Source: Eledone cirrhosa
Lineage: Eukaryota
DNA length: 64,000 bases
Direction: 5' to 3'
Assembly: GCA_964016885.1 (NCBI GenBank)
Contig: OZ024743.1
Coordinates: forward strand, 242,544,001-242,608,000
The translations under genes were made by a program, and so were the position numbers. The notes beneath the pieces are model-generated. The model did no database searches. It was not told the origin of the DNA and saw only the letters and a list, made by a program, of their open reading frames with translations. Positions 1-13,768 of this stretch are shown piece by piece (positions within the stretch are counted from its first letter, which is position 1; the number at the start of each line of letters is the position of its first letter).

Positions 1-3000
1 ACGTGACTACTACCACCACCACCTCTAACGACACTACTACCATCACCACTAACCCTAACGTCAATACGATCATCACCCCCCCCCCCTAGCGTCAGAAGTA
101 ACATCACCGCAACCTCTAACGTCATTACTACGACCACCACCAAAACCTCTAACGTCATTACTACGACCACCAGCACCACCTCTAACGTCATTACTACGAC
201 CACCACCACCACCTCTAACGTCACTACTTTCACCATCCCTAACGTCACCAATGCTATCACCACCACCTCTAACGTCAATATTAACACCAACTCTAACGTA
301 GCTACTACCATCACCACCACCACCTCTAACGTAACTACTAGCATCACAACTAACTCTAACACTACTAGCAACACCACCACCTCTAACATCACTACTAACA
401 CAATCACCTCTAAAGTTACTACTAACATCATGACCAACACCACCTCTAACGTCACTACCACCACCACATCTAGCGTCACTACTACCACCAAATCTAACGT
501 CACTACTAGCATTACCACCACCTCTTACGTCATGACTACCACCACCACAACCTCATACGTCTCTACTACCAACACCACATCTAACGTCACTACAACCACC
601 ACTACCTCTAGTGTCACTACTACCATCACCACCACCTCCAACGACACTAGTACCAAAACAAAATCTCTAACGTCGCTACTACCACCATCACCTCTAACAT
701 CACTACTACCACCATCACCTCCAGCATCACTACTACCACCACCACCACTCTAACGTCACTTCTACCTCAACATCTAACTAAATACTACCATCACAACCAC
801 CAACTCTAACGTAACTGCTACAATCACCACTAACTCTAACGTCACTACTACCATCACCACCACCTCTAACGCCACTACCACCACTACCTCTAACGCCACT
901 GCTACTACCAACAACTCTAACGTCACTACTACCACCACCATTTCTAACGTCACTACTACCACCACCACCACCTCTAACGTTACTAATACCTCTATCGTCA
1001 TTACTACCGCCAATACCACCACCTCTAACGTCCGTACCACCACCGCCACCGCTAAGCTCACTACTACTACCACCATCTCTAACGTCTCTGTTACCACCAC
1101 CACCACCTCTAACCTCACATCTACCATCACCACCTCTAACGTCATTACTACCATCACCACCTCTAACGTCACTACTACCATCACCACCTCTAACGTCACT
1201 ACTACCATCACCACCTCTAACATCATTACTACCACCACCACCACTACTACCATCACTACCCCCTCCAACGTCAGAACTACCAACACCGCTACCTCTAACG
1301 TCACAACTACAACCACCACCACTTCTAAATTCAATAGTAACACCACCACACCTAACATCACCACTACCATGACCACCACTTCTAACGTCAGAACTTCCTC
1401 CAACAAAACCCCTAATGTCACTATTAACACCACCAACTCTAACGTCACTACAACCACCACCACCACTAATATCACTACTAACATCACTAATACGATAACC
1501 ACCACCCCCAACGTGACTACTACCACCACCACCTCTAACGACACTACTACCATCACCACTAACCCTAACGTCAATACGATCATCACCCCCCCCCTAGCGT
1601 CAGAAGTAACATCACCGCAACCTCTAACGTCATTACTACGACCACCACCAAAACCTCTAACGTCATTACTACGACCACCAGCACCACCTCTAACGTCATT
1701 ACTACGACCACCACCACCACCTCTAACGTCACTACTTTCACCATCCCTAACGTCACCAATGCTATCACCACCACCTCTAACGTCAGTATTAACACCAACT
1801 CTAACGTAGCTACTACCATCACCACCACCACCTCTAACGTAACTACTACCATCACAACTAACTCTAACACTACTAGCAACACCACCACCTCTAACATCAC
1901 TACTAACACAACCACCTCTAAAGTTACTACTAACATCATGACCAACACCACCTCTAACGTCACTACCACCACCACATCTAACGTCACTACTACCACCAAA
2001 TCTAACGTCACTACTAGCATTACCACCACCTCTTACGTCATGACTACCACCACCACAACCTCATACGTCTCTACTACCAACACCACATCTAACGTCACTA
2101 CAACCATCACCACTACCTCTAACGTCACTACTACCATCACCACCACCTCTAACGTCAGTACCACCATGACCACCTCTAACGACACACCTACTACCACAAC
2201 CTTTAACGTCACTACAACCACCACTACCTCTACTGTCACTACTACCATCACCACCACCTCCAACGACACTACTACCAAAACAAAATCTCTAACGTCGCTA
2301 CTACCACCATCACCTCTAACATCACTACTACCACCATCACCTCTACCATCACTACTACCACCACCACCAATCTAACGTCACTACTACCTCAACATCTAAC
2401 TAAATACTACCATCACAACCACCAACTCTAACGTAACTGCTACAATCACCACTAACGTCACTACTACCATCACCACCACCTCTAACGCCACTACCACCAC
2501 TACCTCTAACGCCACTGCTACTACCAACAACTTTAACGTCACTACTACCACCACCATTTCTAACGTCACTACTACCACCACCACCACCTCTAACGTTACT
2601 AATACCTCTATCGTCATTACTACCGCCAATACCACCATCTCTAACGTCTGTACCACCACCGCCACCGCTCAGCTCACTACTACTACCACCATCTCTAACG
2701 TCCCTGTTACCACCACCTCTAACCTCACATCTAACATCACCACCTCTAACGTCATTACTACCATCACCACCTCTAACGTCACTACTACCATCACCACCTC
2801 TAACGTCACTACTACCATCACCACCTCTAACATCATTACTACCACCACCACCACTACTACCATTACTACCCCCTCCAACGTCAGAACTACCAACACCGCT
2901 ACCTCTAACGTCACAACTACAACCACCACCACTTCTAAAGTCAATAGTAACACCACCACACCTAACATCACCACTACCATGACCACCACTTTTAACGTCA

Positions 3001-5620
3001 GAACTTCCTCCAACAAAACCCCTAATGTCACTATTAACACCACCAACTCTAACGTCACTACAACCACCACCACCACTAATATCACTACTAACATCACTAA
3101 TACGATAACCACCACCCCCAACGTGACTACTACCACCACCACCTCTAACGACACTACTACCATCACCACTAACCCTAACGTCAATACGATCATCATCCCC
3201 CCCTAGCGTCAAAAGTAACATCACCGCAACCTCTAACGTCATTACTACGACCACCACCAAAACCTCTAACGTCATTACTACGACCACCACCACCACCTCT
3301 AACGTCACTACTTTCACCATCCCTAACGTCAGTATTAACACCAACTCTAACGCAGCTACTACCATCACCACCACCACCTCTAACGTAACTACTACCATCA
3401 CAACTAACTCTAACACTACTAGCAACACCACCACCTCTAACATCACTACTAACACAACCACCTCTAAAGTTACTACTAACATCATGACCAACACCACCTC
3501 TAACGTCACTACCACCACCACATCTAACGTCACTACTACCACCAAATCAAACGTCACTACTATCATCACCACCACCTCTAATGTCAGAACTACCACTTCC
3601 ACCACCTCTAATGGTACTATTAACAACACCTCTAACGTCACTAAAACCACCACCTCTAACGTCACTATTACCGCCGCCTCCAACGTCACTACTACCATCT
3701 CCAACATATCTAACGTCACTATTACCACCAAAACCTCTAACATACTTACTACCAACACCTATAATGTCACTACTAACACCACCACCTCTAACGTCAGTAC
3801 TACCATCACCACCACCTCTAACGTCCTATTACCACCAATTCCCACGTCACTACTACCATCACCAACATCGCTAACGTCACCACTACCACCATCTCTAACG
3901 TCACTACTACCACCACCACCACCACCTCTAACGCCACTACTACTACCACCACTTGTGACGTCACTACTACCACCACCACCTCTAAAATCACTACTACCGC
4001 CTCAACCACCACTAACGTCACCCCCACCACCACCTGTAACGTCACTATAACTACTACCACCTCTAACGTCATCAGTAACACCAGAGCCACCTCTAACGTC
4101 ACTAATACGATAACCACCACGTTTAACGTCATTACTACCATCACCACCGCCTCTAACGTCGCTACTACCATCACCAACATCTCTAACGTCACTATACCAC
4201 CAGCACCTCTGACGTCACTACTACCAACACCTTTAACGGTAATACTACCTCTGACGTCACTACTACTACCTCTAACATCCGTACCACCACTACCATCAAT
4301 ACCTCTAACATCATTACTACCACCACCACCTCTAACGTCACTACTACCATCACCACCTCTAACACGATTACTACCACCACCACCACCACTAACGTCACTA
4401 CTACCATCGTCAGCCCTCCAACGTCAGACCTACCATCACCGCAACCTCTAACGTCACTACTACAACCACCACCACCATCTCTAACGTCACTATTAACACG
4501 ACCACACCTAACGTCACCACTACATTGACCACCACCTCTAACGTCACTACATCACCAGCCACTCTAACATCACTACTACTACCACCACCACCTCTAACTT
4601 CACTACTACCATCACCGCAACCTCTAACGTGACTACTAAAACCACCACCACCTCTAACGTCACCAATACCATCACCACCACCTCTAACTTCAGAACTTCC
4701 TCCACATCACCCCTAACATCACTACTACTACCACCATCTCTAACGTCACTACCACCACCACCACCAGCTCTAACGTCACTACTACCACCACCACCTCTAA
4801 CGTCAATAATACGATCACCACCACCTCCAACGTGACTACTACCACCACCACTTCTAACGTCACTACTACCACCTCCAACATCAATACTACTACTACCACC
4901 TTCAACGTCACTACTACCACCACCACCTCTAACGTCACTACCACCACCACCTCCAACGTGACTACTACCACCACCACCTCTAACGTCACTGCTACCACCT
5001 TAGCTCTAACTTCACTACTACCACAACCACCTCTAATGTCACTACCACTTTCACCACCTCTAACGTCACTACTACCACCGCACACCTAACGTTCCCACTC
5101 CCATCACCACCACCTTTAACGTCAGAAATTCCACCAACACCACCACCTCTAACGTCACTACTAACACCACCTCCACCGCTAACGTCACTACTAGCACCAA
5201 CTCTAACGTCACTACTACCATCACCACCACCTCTAACGTCAGAACTACCACCACCACCCCCTCTAACGGCACTACTAACACCAGCTCTAACGTCACTGAA
5301 ACCACCACATCTAACGTCACATTTACCACCACTTCCAACGTCACTACTACCATCACCCACATCTCTAACGTCACTACTACCTCCAGCACCTTTAACGTCA
5401 CTAATACCACCACCTCTAACGTCACTACTACTACCACCAACTCTAACGTCAGTACTACCATCACCACCACCTCTAACGTCACTATTACCTCCAATTCCAA
5501 CGTCATTACTACCTCACCAACATCGCTAACGTCACTACTACCACCACCTCTAACGTCACTACTAACACCACCACTACCTGTAACGTCACTACTAACACCA
5601 CCACCTATAACATCACTACT
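1..5620. repeat. Degenerate (ACC/ACT)n-TCTAACGTC minisatellite with ~1.5-1.6 kb higher-order duplication; reads as mucin-like TTTSNVTTT
   Basis: Unit about ACCACCACCTCTAACGTCACTACT. The block ACGTGACTACTACCACCACCACCTCTAACGACACTACTACCATCACC recurs at 1, 1511 and 3121. The Thr-rich frame is broken repeatedly. Confidence 0.9.
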
Positions 5621-6466
5621 AATAAATCCGAGCATTTATTAACATTAAATTAAAAGTCGAATGACATATATATATAAAATAAACACATCAAACAATTACA
5701 GGGGCTAATTTGTAAAGAGTGTAAACACACATAGTTACGGAGGTAACATTAAATATTAACAAGAACCTTGAATGCCTTGCAATACTGATTAATCTCCTTT
5801 GTATATATTCCATTGAAGAAATATATTTCACCGTTAATCGGTGAATCATAGATGTCAAATCTTGGATCATTGGCAAAGAAGATTTAACTATCTATGATCA
5901 CACGCTAAAATCACTACTGTAATTATTTGATATGTTAATTTTATATATATATATGTCATTCGACTTTTAATTTAATGTTAGTAAATGCTCGGATTTATTG
6001 CTTGGAATCTTCGAGCTTATTCCACGGGTGATATGGCGCATGCTCCTGATATTCTCAGATATGGCATCTTTAATCTAATTTTGGTAGTATTTACGGTTCC
6101 TAAGTATTCTGTTAGTAGAGCTTTTATGTTGAAAGGACTCGGCTGCTATTTCTAGCTATCGATAACCCTATTCACGCCACTGGCTTGGCGGCAGGGTGGT
6201 GTGTTTTTTTTAAAAACCACATGTGCTTTTCGTCGTTATTCTCTCATTTGCTTTTAGCGTGTGATCATAGATAGTTAAATCTTCTCATTTACCGATGATC
6301 CAAGATTTGACATCTATATTTCACCGATTAATGGTGAAATATATTTCTTCAATGGAATATATACAAAGGAGATTAATCATTATTGCAGGGTATCTTCTTA
6401 ATTTATACCTCCATAACTATGTGTGTTTACACTCTTTTATCTCCTGTAATTGCTTGATATGTTTAT
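5621..6466. mobile_element. Inverted pair of a ~525 bp circularly permuted non-coding element with a decayed hammerhead-like motif
   Basis: 5621-5680 is the reverse complement of ~5940-6000, and 5681-5910 of ~6252-6466. The right arm starts and ends with the same AATT..TTGATATGTT motif (~5921 and ~6448). Confidence 0.7.
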
Positions 6467-6641
6467 CAGTGAAACTGTCGACAGTCGGAGCTAGAGGAAT
6501 ATTGGTAACATGTATCTATTATTTCTTCAAGCTTACATTTTAAACTTAGCTCCGTTTAATTGATTATTTATTTAGTTAATTTCTCCGAACTAAGAAGAAA
6601 AATTAGATCAATTTTATCTGCCTGTTCTTCAAACTTATAAT

Positions 6642-6679
<38 letters not shown>

Positions 6680-6842
6680 ACATTTTCGCTCTACATGGCT
6701 GAATACAATAAATGTAATCTGAGCTTTTCGAATATTAATAATAACATTCGATTCGTTTGCAATTATGCAAACGAGCCTCATTTTTAGCGCCATGTCAGTA
6801 GAATGAGCCCCTCATTCTTGCTCTTGACTTGGCATGTAAACA

Positions 6843-6892
6843 GAACTGCAGACATTAATGTTTCTGGGTATCACCCTTCATCAGTACAGTTC
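6843..6892 (-). ncRNA. Type I hammerhead ribozyme (family A)
   Basis: Minus strand: GAACTGTA-CTGATGA-A GGGT gat ACCC A-GAAA-CATTAATG-TC-TGCAGTTC. 8-bp stem I, palindromic stem III (ACATTAATGT), GUC site. Confidence 0.85.
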
Positions 6893-7481
6893 ACTGTTCA
6901 CCTGTCAACTGTCAGAGCTAGTGAAAATATATGCTATTTTCTAAAATATACAGTGACTGATCAGCCTGATTTGAATATTAGCAGACTGGCTGATCAGTCA
7001 GATCTGCATATCAGCCACTGATCAGCCTGATTTGAATATTAGCAGACTGGCTGATCAGTCAGATCTGCATATCAGCCTCTGATCAGCCTGATTGGCATAT
7101 TAGCAGACTACCTGATCAGTCAGATCTGCATATTAGCAGATCCACTGATCAGCCAGATCTGCATATCAGCAGACTGGCCAGTCAGTTTCCTGTATACGAG
7201 CTATAAATGGCCGGCTTTATCACATTCAAATTAATTTTAAAAAAAGTGTAGAGGGAAATTTTTTTTTTTAATGTGGCAAAGCCGGCCATTTATCGCTCGT
7301 ATACAGGAAACTGACTGGCCAGTCTGCTGATATGCAAATCTGGCTGATCAGTGGATCTGCTAATATGCAGATCTGACTGATCAGCTAGTCTGCTAATATG
7401 CAAATCAGGCCGATCAATCACTGTATATTTTAGAAAATAGCATATATTTTCACTAGCTCTGACAGTTGGCAGGTAAACAGT

Positions 7482-7531
7482 GAACTGTACTGATGAAGGA
7501 TTATACCCAGAAACATTAGTGTCTGCAGTTC
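7482..7531 (+). ncRNA. Type I hammerhead ribozyme (family A)
   Basis: GAACTGTA-CTGATGA-AGGATTATACCCA-GAAA-CATTAGTG-TC-TGCAGTTC. Core intact, stem II weakened. Confidence 0.8.
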
Positions 7532-7663
7532 TGTTTACATGCCAACACCAGAGAAAGAATGAAGGGTTCATTCTACTGACATGGCGTTAAAAATGAGGCT
7601 CGTTTGCATAATTGCAAACGAATCGAATGTTATTATTAATATTCGAAAAACTCAGATTACATT

Positions 7664-7719
<56 letters not shown>

Positions 7720-7974
7720 TGATGTCTGGTGGTCCTGTAAATACGCAGGTGAAACTCCAGACTAACAAGGCTCATCACTTAGTCATAACGAATGAATATT
7801 TAAACTCTACTTCGGTATTGAGTTTTCATTCTTACGTCAGTTAATAATTCACGTACTACCAGGTCTAATTATTTTATTTGGCATTAAAAAAACATCATAT
7901 ACGGCAAAAAAAGAACATTACAAGAATCCCATATTTATGAACGTAAACTATATAATTACCGATTTCTCAAGCCA

Positions 7975-8810
7975 CCTCCCTCCCATTCCCACAACTATTA
8001 TTTGGGATCATCTCTGTGTCCACTACAGGACACTCTCCCATTATCCTTTCTCTATATCTACAACCACCAAACTCTCCACATCGCTATATCTAACATATAA
8101 AACACTTTGCCAATCCCGAATTCTCTCCCTCGCCATCTTTACCACACTCTCTCGTAATCGTTCTCTCTCTATCCATCACAAAATCCCCCCCCCTCTATAG
8201 ATTTTACGATATTGCTCTCCCAATCCCCCTCTCTATATTTAACAATATTTATCTCTCCCATTGAAATATACACCTCTCTGTATCTACTACAACTCTCTCT
8301 CTCTCTCTCCCAATCCCTCTATATATATCAATTACCACCAAACTATCTCCCTCTCTATATCTACCATACAATACTCTCTCTCATTCCCTCTCACTCTATC
8401 CATCACTACCATACTCTCACCCTCTCTCTATCTATCAATACCTATCTCTATCAATCCCCTCACTCTATTCATTACCACCAAACTCTCACTACATCAACCA
8501 TACAACACTCTCTCCCAACCCTCCTCACTATATCAATTACCACCAAACTATCCCCCTCTCTATATCTACCATACAACACACTCTCATTCCCTCTCATTCT
8601 ATCCATCACTACCAAATTCTCCCCTCACTATCTCTATCAATCCTCTCCCTCTATTCATTACCCCTAAACACTACCCCTCTCTACATCAACCATACAACAC
8701 TCTCTCCCTATCAATTCTCTATATTCTCTCCCTCTCTATATTTACTACTCGGTACTCTCTTCCAATCCCCCTCTATATATCAATTAACACCAAACTCTCC
8801 CCCTCTTTAT
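7975..8810. repeat. Degenerate CT-rich minisatellite
   Basis: Recurrent ACCACCAAACTCTCC / CCATACAACACTCTCTC / CAATCCC motifs; G is almost absent on the + strand. Confidence 0.7.
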
Positions 8811-8912
8811 GGTGGTGGCAATTGCAGCGATGATGATGGTATTTTTCCTCTAAGTCGCTCCTTATCTAATAACTGTATAATCAAGAACGTTCCAGTCATT
8901 ATGATACCATCT

Positions 8913-9114
8913 TAAGAAGGTCCACTGAAAAGTTCATAGGCTGACTATGAAGGGGTGATGTTATAGTTGTGAAATCTTGTATGCATTAATTTCAACTCTT
9001 CTTAATAATAACTGTACTGTTTCTTTCCAGGGACTATGTTGAAAAATATACTTCATTTGGTCATTCCATGAGAATATCTTGGTCAGCCTAGGAACTTTTC
9101 AGCCAACCCTCGTA
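8913..9114 (+). mobile_element. Mariner-derived MITE
   Basis: TIRs CTGAAAAGTTCATAGGCTGAC ... GTCAGCCTAGGAACTTTTCAGCCAACCCTCGTA with TA ends. Internal GGGGACTATGTTGAAAAA-like stretch reads (G)DYVEK, the mariner transposase C-terminus. Confidence 0.75.
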
Positions 9115-9629
9115 TTATAGACACAACGTGACTGAATAATGAAGACGTTCGCTTCCGAATCATAATGTCCAGAGTTCGAACCCACTGCTTCGTATCATGT
9201 ACAACTATTTTTACCATAGCCTCGGACTAATCCATGCAATTTCGTGAACAGAAACTAAATGAAATCTGTCGGATGGACTGCACCAGTAATTCAAATATCA
9301 GTGTTGCTACACATTGTCTCATGCTGAATCTCCCTGAGAATTACGTCAGTTGAATACTCAAACATTTACGCGCCAATTCATATGTCAGATGTTCGATTGA
9401 TTGAACGACTGACTGCTCATCTTCTAAACTCTAAACCGACGTAGAATCTATCAACATCTAGGAATATATTATCTGTTGTGTCCTCTATTTTATTAAGATG
9501 GTGGAGGTAATTTGAGGGATATCGAGTTGTTATGTCTAGCTGGACAAACGACAATATAAAAGCTCACATGTTGGATCGTTGCTTGTTGTGCTTCTAAAGA
9601 CAATGTGGCTCCCTCTGGAGTCCGTGACG

Positions 9630-10140
9630 TTAACCCTTTCGTGACGATATTTCTTCTAGAGGACACTGCTTGTTTTTAACCTTTTTGTTACCATACTTCT
9701 GTTGGACGAGACTACATATGTCCTTAACCTTTTCGTTGCCATATTTCTAATGAAACTGTTTATGTTTTTAACCCTTTTGTTACCATATACCTATGCCCTT
9801 AACCCTTTCATTACCATATTTCTAATGAAAGACACTGCCTATGTCATTAACCCTTTCGTTACCATATTTCTAATAAAAAACACTATGTCCTTAACCCTTT
9901 TGTTACCATATTTCTAATGAAAAACAGTCTTTAACCCTCTCGTTACCATATTTCTAATAAAAAACACTATGTCCTTAACCCTTTTGTTACCATATTTCTA
10001 ATGAAAAACACTCTCCTTAATCCTTTTGTTACCATATTTCACTCTCCTTAACCCTTTCGTTATCATATTTCTAATGAAAAACACAGCTTGTGATTTCAAA
10101 ATAAATTTGAAAATAATCAAGAATTAGTAATATAACGCAT
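9630..10140 (+). repeat. ~45 bp tandem array of a piggyBac-like MITE terminus
   Basis: About 10 units each begin TTAACCCTTT(C/T)GTTACCATATTTCT (TTAA target plus CCC end). The last unit continues into unique element body. Confidence 0.65.
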
Positions 10141-11479
10141 GCTTGGGTGTGAAAATTTTAGAAAGACATTAATTATTTCTGTCGGAGACAAATAATAGGT
10201 GACTAGGTGGGGGTAAACACCAAAATAAACTAGAAAAGGCAGATGACTTGTAAAAAAAAATATATCAAAACAATAAATACGTTCTTTAAGAGCAACTATC
10301 AAAACATAAAACAACCTCCTCTCAACTGCAAAGATGAAACAAGAGAAAAATAGGTTTATTGACAGATATTAGAATCTAAAAATAAATCATCAAATTCTGT
10401 TTGACCGAGGGACCCTGTTGACTGAATGCAATCAAATTCCGGCTTCTTCGGGAGAATTACACAGGTTACATCGTTTTCTTCTTCTTCTTCTTCTTCTTCT
10501 TCTTCTTCTTCTTCTTCTTCTTCTTCTTCGTAATATTATTATTATTGCTGTTGTTGTTGTTGTTGTTACTGGTGTTATTGTTTTCATTCATTTCTCCAAA
10601 CGGGAAATGACTTGTAAAAAGGAGTTGAGATAGAGAGAGGTGACCAAAGGAAGCTGAGAAACTAGGGATTCCCATTTTAATAAACACTGCTATCAGATAA
10701 ATAGGAGGAATCTAGTTCGTTTAGTGGTGTGTATGTCTGTGTATGTCTGTGTATATTTGTGTGTGTGTGCGTGTGCCTATTGTGTGATTTGTATGTGTAT
10801 GTCGGTGTGACTCTCTGATTGTGTTTGTTTGTCTGTGTGTGTCTCGAGTGTGTATTTTTATATAGATGTGTGTATCTATATCTGCGTGCGCGCGCGTGTA
10901 TGTGTCTCGAGTGTGTATTTCTGTATGGATGTGTGTATCTATGTCTGTGTGTGCGTATGTGTGTGTGTGTGTCTGTGTATGTGTGCGTCCGTTTGTGTCT
11001 GTGTGTGTTACATTATCTATATAGTAGATTGTTTGTTGGACAATCACTGCAATAGATCGAAGGTTCCTCTGTCTGATTTATAGTTTTTTTTGCAGTCGAA
11101 CGATTTCTTTGCTGTGGAATCAGGGAGAATTTTTCATATTAATTTTTCAAAAGTCAATACCGGATGCTTAGAGAAGATTGGCCAATGCCCATTTCCCTAT
11201 ATTTTTTAGAGCCTCGGAGATTGGAGATTTAACACCAGTACTTGCAACAGAGAGAACGCCGCTAATTTCACAACTGGTGGTGAAGGTGGTAATGGGGGTT
11301 TTGGTGGTGCTGCTGCTACTGCTGCTACTCGTGAAGATGATGATGGTGGTGGTGGTGGTGGTGATGGGAGTGGTGGTGGTAGTGGTGATGGGAGTGGTGG
11401 TGGTAGTGATGGGAGTGGTGGTGGTACTGCTGCTGGTGTTGGGGTTAAACCGGGTGACGTATTCAGTCTAAAAAAGTTT

Positions 11480-11763
11480 AAAGTCTGTCTTAAGCTAGAA
11501 GGTTCATTTGGTCGGTGCTTATCCCGGTTTCATGGCTTGAAGCGACTGAGAGTACAAGACTCCCCCCTCCCCCTGGACAGGACGCCAGTCCATTGCAGGG
11601 TTAAACTCCCAGCTATTGCTGGTACTCATTTTCAGCTGAGTATACTGGAGCAATGTGAAATGAAGAGTTTTTCTCAGGAACACAACACGCAACCCAGGAA
11701 TCGAACCCGCAACATTATGATCGCAAGTCCAACATCCTTACCACTAGGCTACGTGCTTCCACA
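11480..11763 (-). mobile_element. tRNA-derived SINE
   Basis: Minus-strand head GAAGCACGTAGCCTAGTGGTAAGG...GGGTTCGATTCCTGG (A/B boxes), followed by TTTCACATTGCTCCAGTATACTCAGCTG body. Related heads at ~36137 and ~58776 (+). Confidence 0.75.
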
Positions 11764-12244
11764 TAACGTATTCAGTCTACCACCCAATATATCAGAACAC
11801 AAACAGCCAGAACAAATATTGCCAGATATTTCCTTTTAAGTTCCAACGACTCCGCTAAGACACCCACCTCCGAGTGATACTTTATTTCATAGACCCCCAA
11901 AACGGTGAAAGTTGAAGTTGACCTCAATGGGATTTGAACTCACTGAAATACAAAATACAAAATAAGATGAAACGAAAATTCATCTAGGCAGTAGCTCAAC
12001 CTGCTAGAAATAGCAATGAAATCTCCCATTTCTTGAAAAAGAAAAGAAAAGACACATTAGAAAATGTGATCCTAGATATACACGAAGAAGGACAAGATGG
12101 CCACCGTTATATCTTTGAAACTCTCTTATATATAAAATTTATCGTCTGTTTTTTCACAACCTTATTCTCTCCCTATATCCCCCTCTCTCCACTGTCTCCT
12201 TCTTTCCCTCAGTTTTTATTCAATCTATCACGTCCGCAGTAATG

Positions 12245-13170
12245 GTATCTAATCTAGACACAAAGACAATTCGTAGGGAGGGAAAAATCGGTTATATCAA
12301 ACCTAGGACTTAACTGCAACATTATTTTATCGAAAGCAAGATTGGACTCGGTGAGGAGTGGGGGGGGGGGGCTATTTGTACTCAGATAGTAAAGAGCCGA
12401 ATCAAATACAGCTATGTGTTTGTCCAATGCTAATCCACCGCTTTCCTATCACTTACATAATAAAGGTTTCTGTTTTAGGTACAAATGGGGAGGGGAAAGT
12501 CGATTAAATCGACCTTAGTGCATTACTGGTAATTTATTTCATCGACCTCGAAAGAATGAAAGACAAAGCTAACCTCGACAGGATTTGAACTCAGGTCGTA
12601 AAGGCATGTAACTAAATGCTGCAAAGCATGGTGTCCGGCGATCTACCCATACTGCCAATTTACTCCGCTTATCACTTGCGTTATAATGGTTTCTGACTTA
12701 GACACCAGCCCAACAATTTTCGGGGAAAGAGAAAGTCGATTAAATCGATCTCAGTGTGTTACTGGTAATTTATTTTATCGACCCTCTAAGGATGAAAGGC
12801 AAAGCTAACCTCGGCGGGATTTGAGCTCAGGGTGTAAAGGGCCGTAGCTCTATCCCATAAAATTGTTGTCCGGTGCTCTACCGATACTGCCAATCCACCG
12901 CCCTTATCATTTGCGTAATAATTGTTTCAACTTTTGCCACAAGGCCGGCAATTACCCCAGTGCATTACTGGTACTTTGCTTTATCGACTCCGTAAGGATG
13001 AAAGGCAAAGTTAACCTCGGCGGGATTTGAACTCAGGGCGTAAAGGGCCGTAACTCTATACCGCAAAGCATGGCGTCAAACGCTCTACCGATACTGCCAA
13101 TCCACCTAGATATCCGAAAATATCATTTACGTAATAATAAATTTCTAATTTAGATACAAGCCCAACAATT
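12245..13170 (-). mobile_element. Cluster of 4-5 head-to-tail cephalopod-type tRNA-derived SINE copies
   Basis: Repeated ~220 bp unit containing ACTGGTA...TTATCGAC...GGATGAAAGGCAAAGTTAACCTCGGCGGGATTTGAACTCAG...ACTGCCAATCCACC. Confidence 0.85.
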
Positions 13171-13695
13171 TGGTGGAAGTCGGTTATATTGACTCTTTGC
13201 ACACGGTATAAAGACCAGTAACGAAATATTGCAATGGATTACATCCAATGCACTAATGATTCTGTCAATTTACCACCCATATTATTTACGTAATAATACC
13301 CGCTTCAACGGTCAGAATATATTCCTACTTAAATATAAGATTATTAATATTTATATCATTCGCTTTATTGCAAGTTTTAACACTTCATGTACTCACCTTA
13401 ATCTTATCAATTAACCCCACAGTTGTTTAGAATGAGAAGATAAGAAGCGGCACTGCAAAACTAAGACGTAAAAACGCTGAAATATCTCATTTCTTTTTCT
13501 ATCATTAGCACACCTTTTTCCTTACATTCGTATGCACAGTGGCACACACACGCACACACACACATACACACACACATACATATATATATATATACATTCA
13601 TACATACATGTAAACATACATACAAATATGCATAAATACATACATGTACACACACACACTCACACACACATACACACACGCACATACATACATAC

Positions 13696-13768
<73 letters not shown>

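Larger units (their letters stand above)
6680..7668. mobile_element. Palindromic (inverted) pair of hammerhead-bearing non-autonomous elements (family A) between (TA)n tracts
   Basis: ~6706-7230 is the reverse complement of ~7265-7668. Internal ~30/60 bp CTGATCAG/CAGATCTG subrepeats. Flanked by (TA)n at 6652-6679 and 7667-7716. Confidence 0.85.

Noticed and set aside
774-5635. Val-rich minus-strand ORFs resembling membrane proteins
   Set aside because: Antisense reading of the ACC/ACT repeat.
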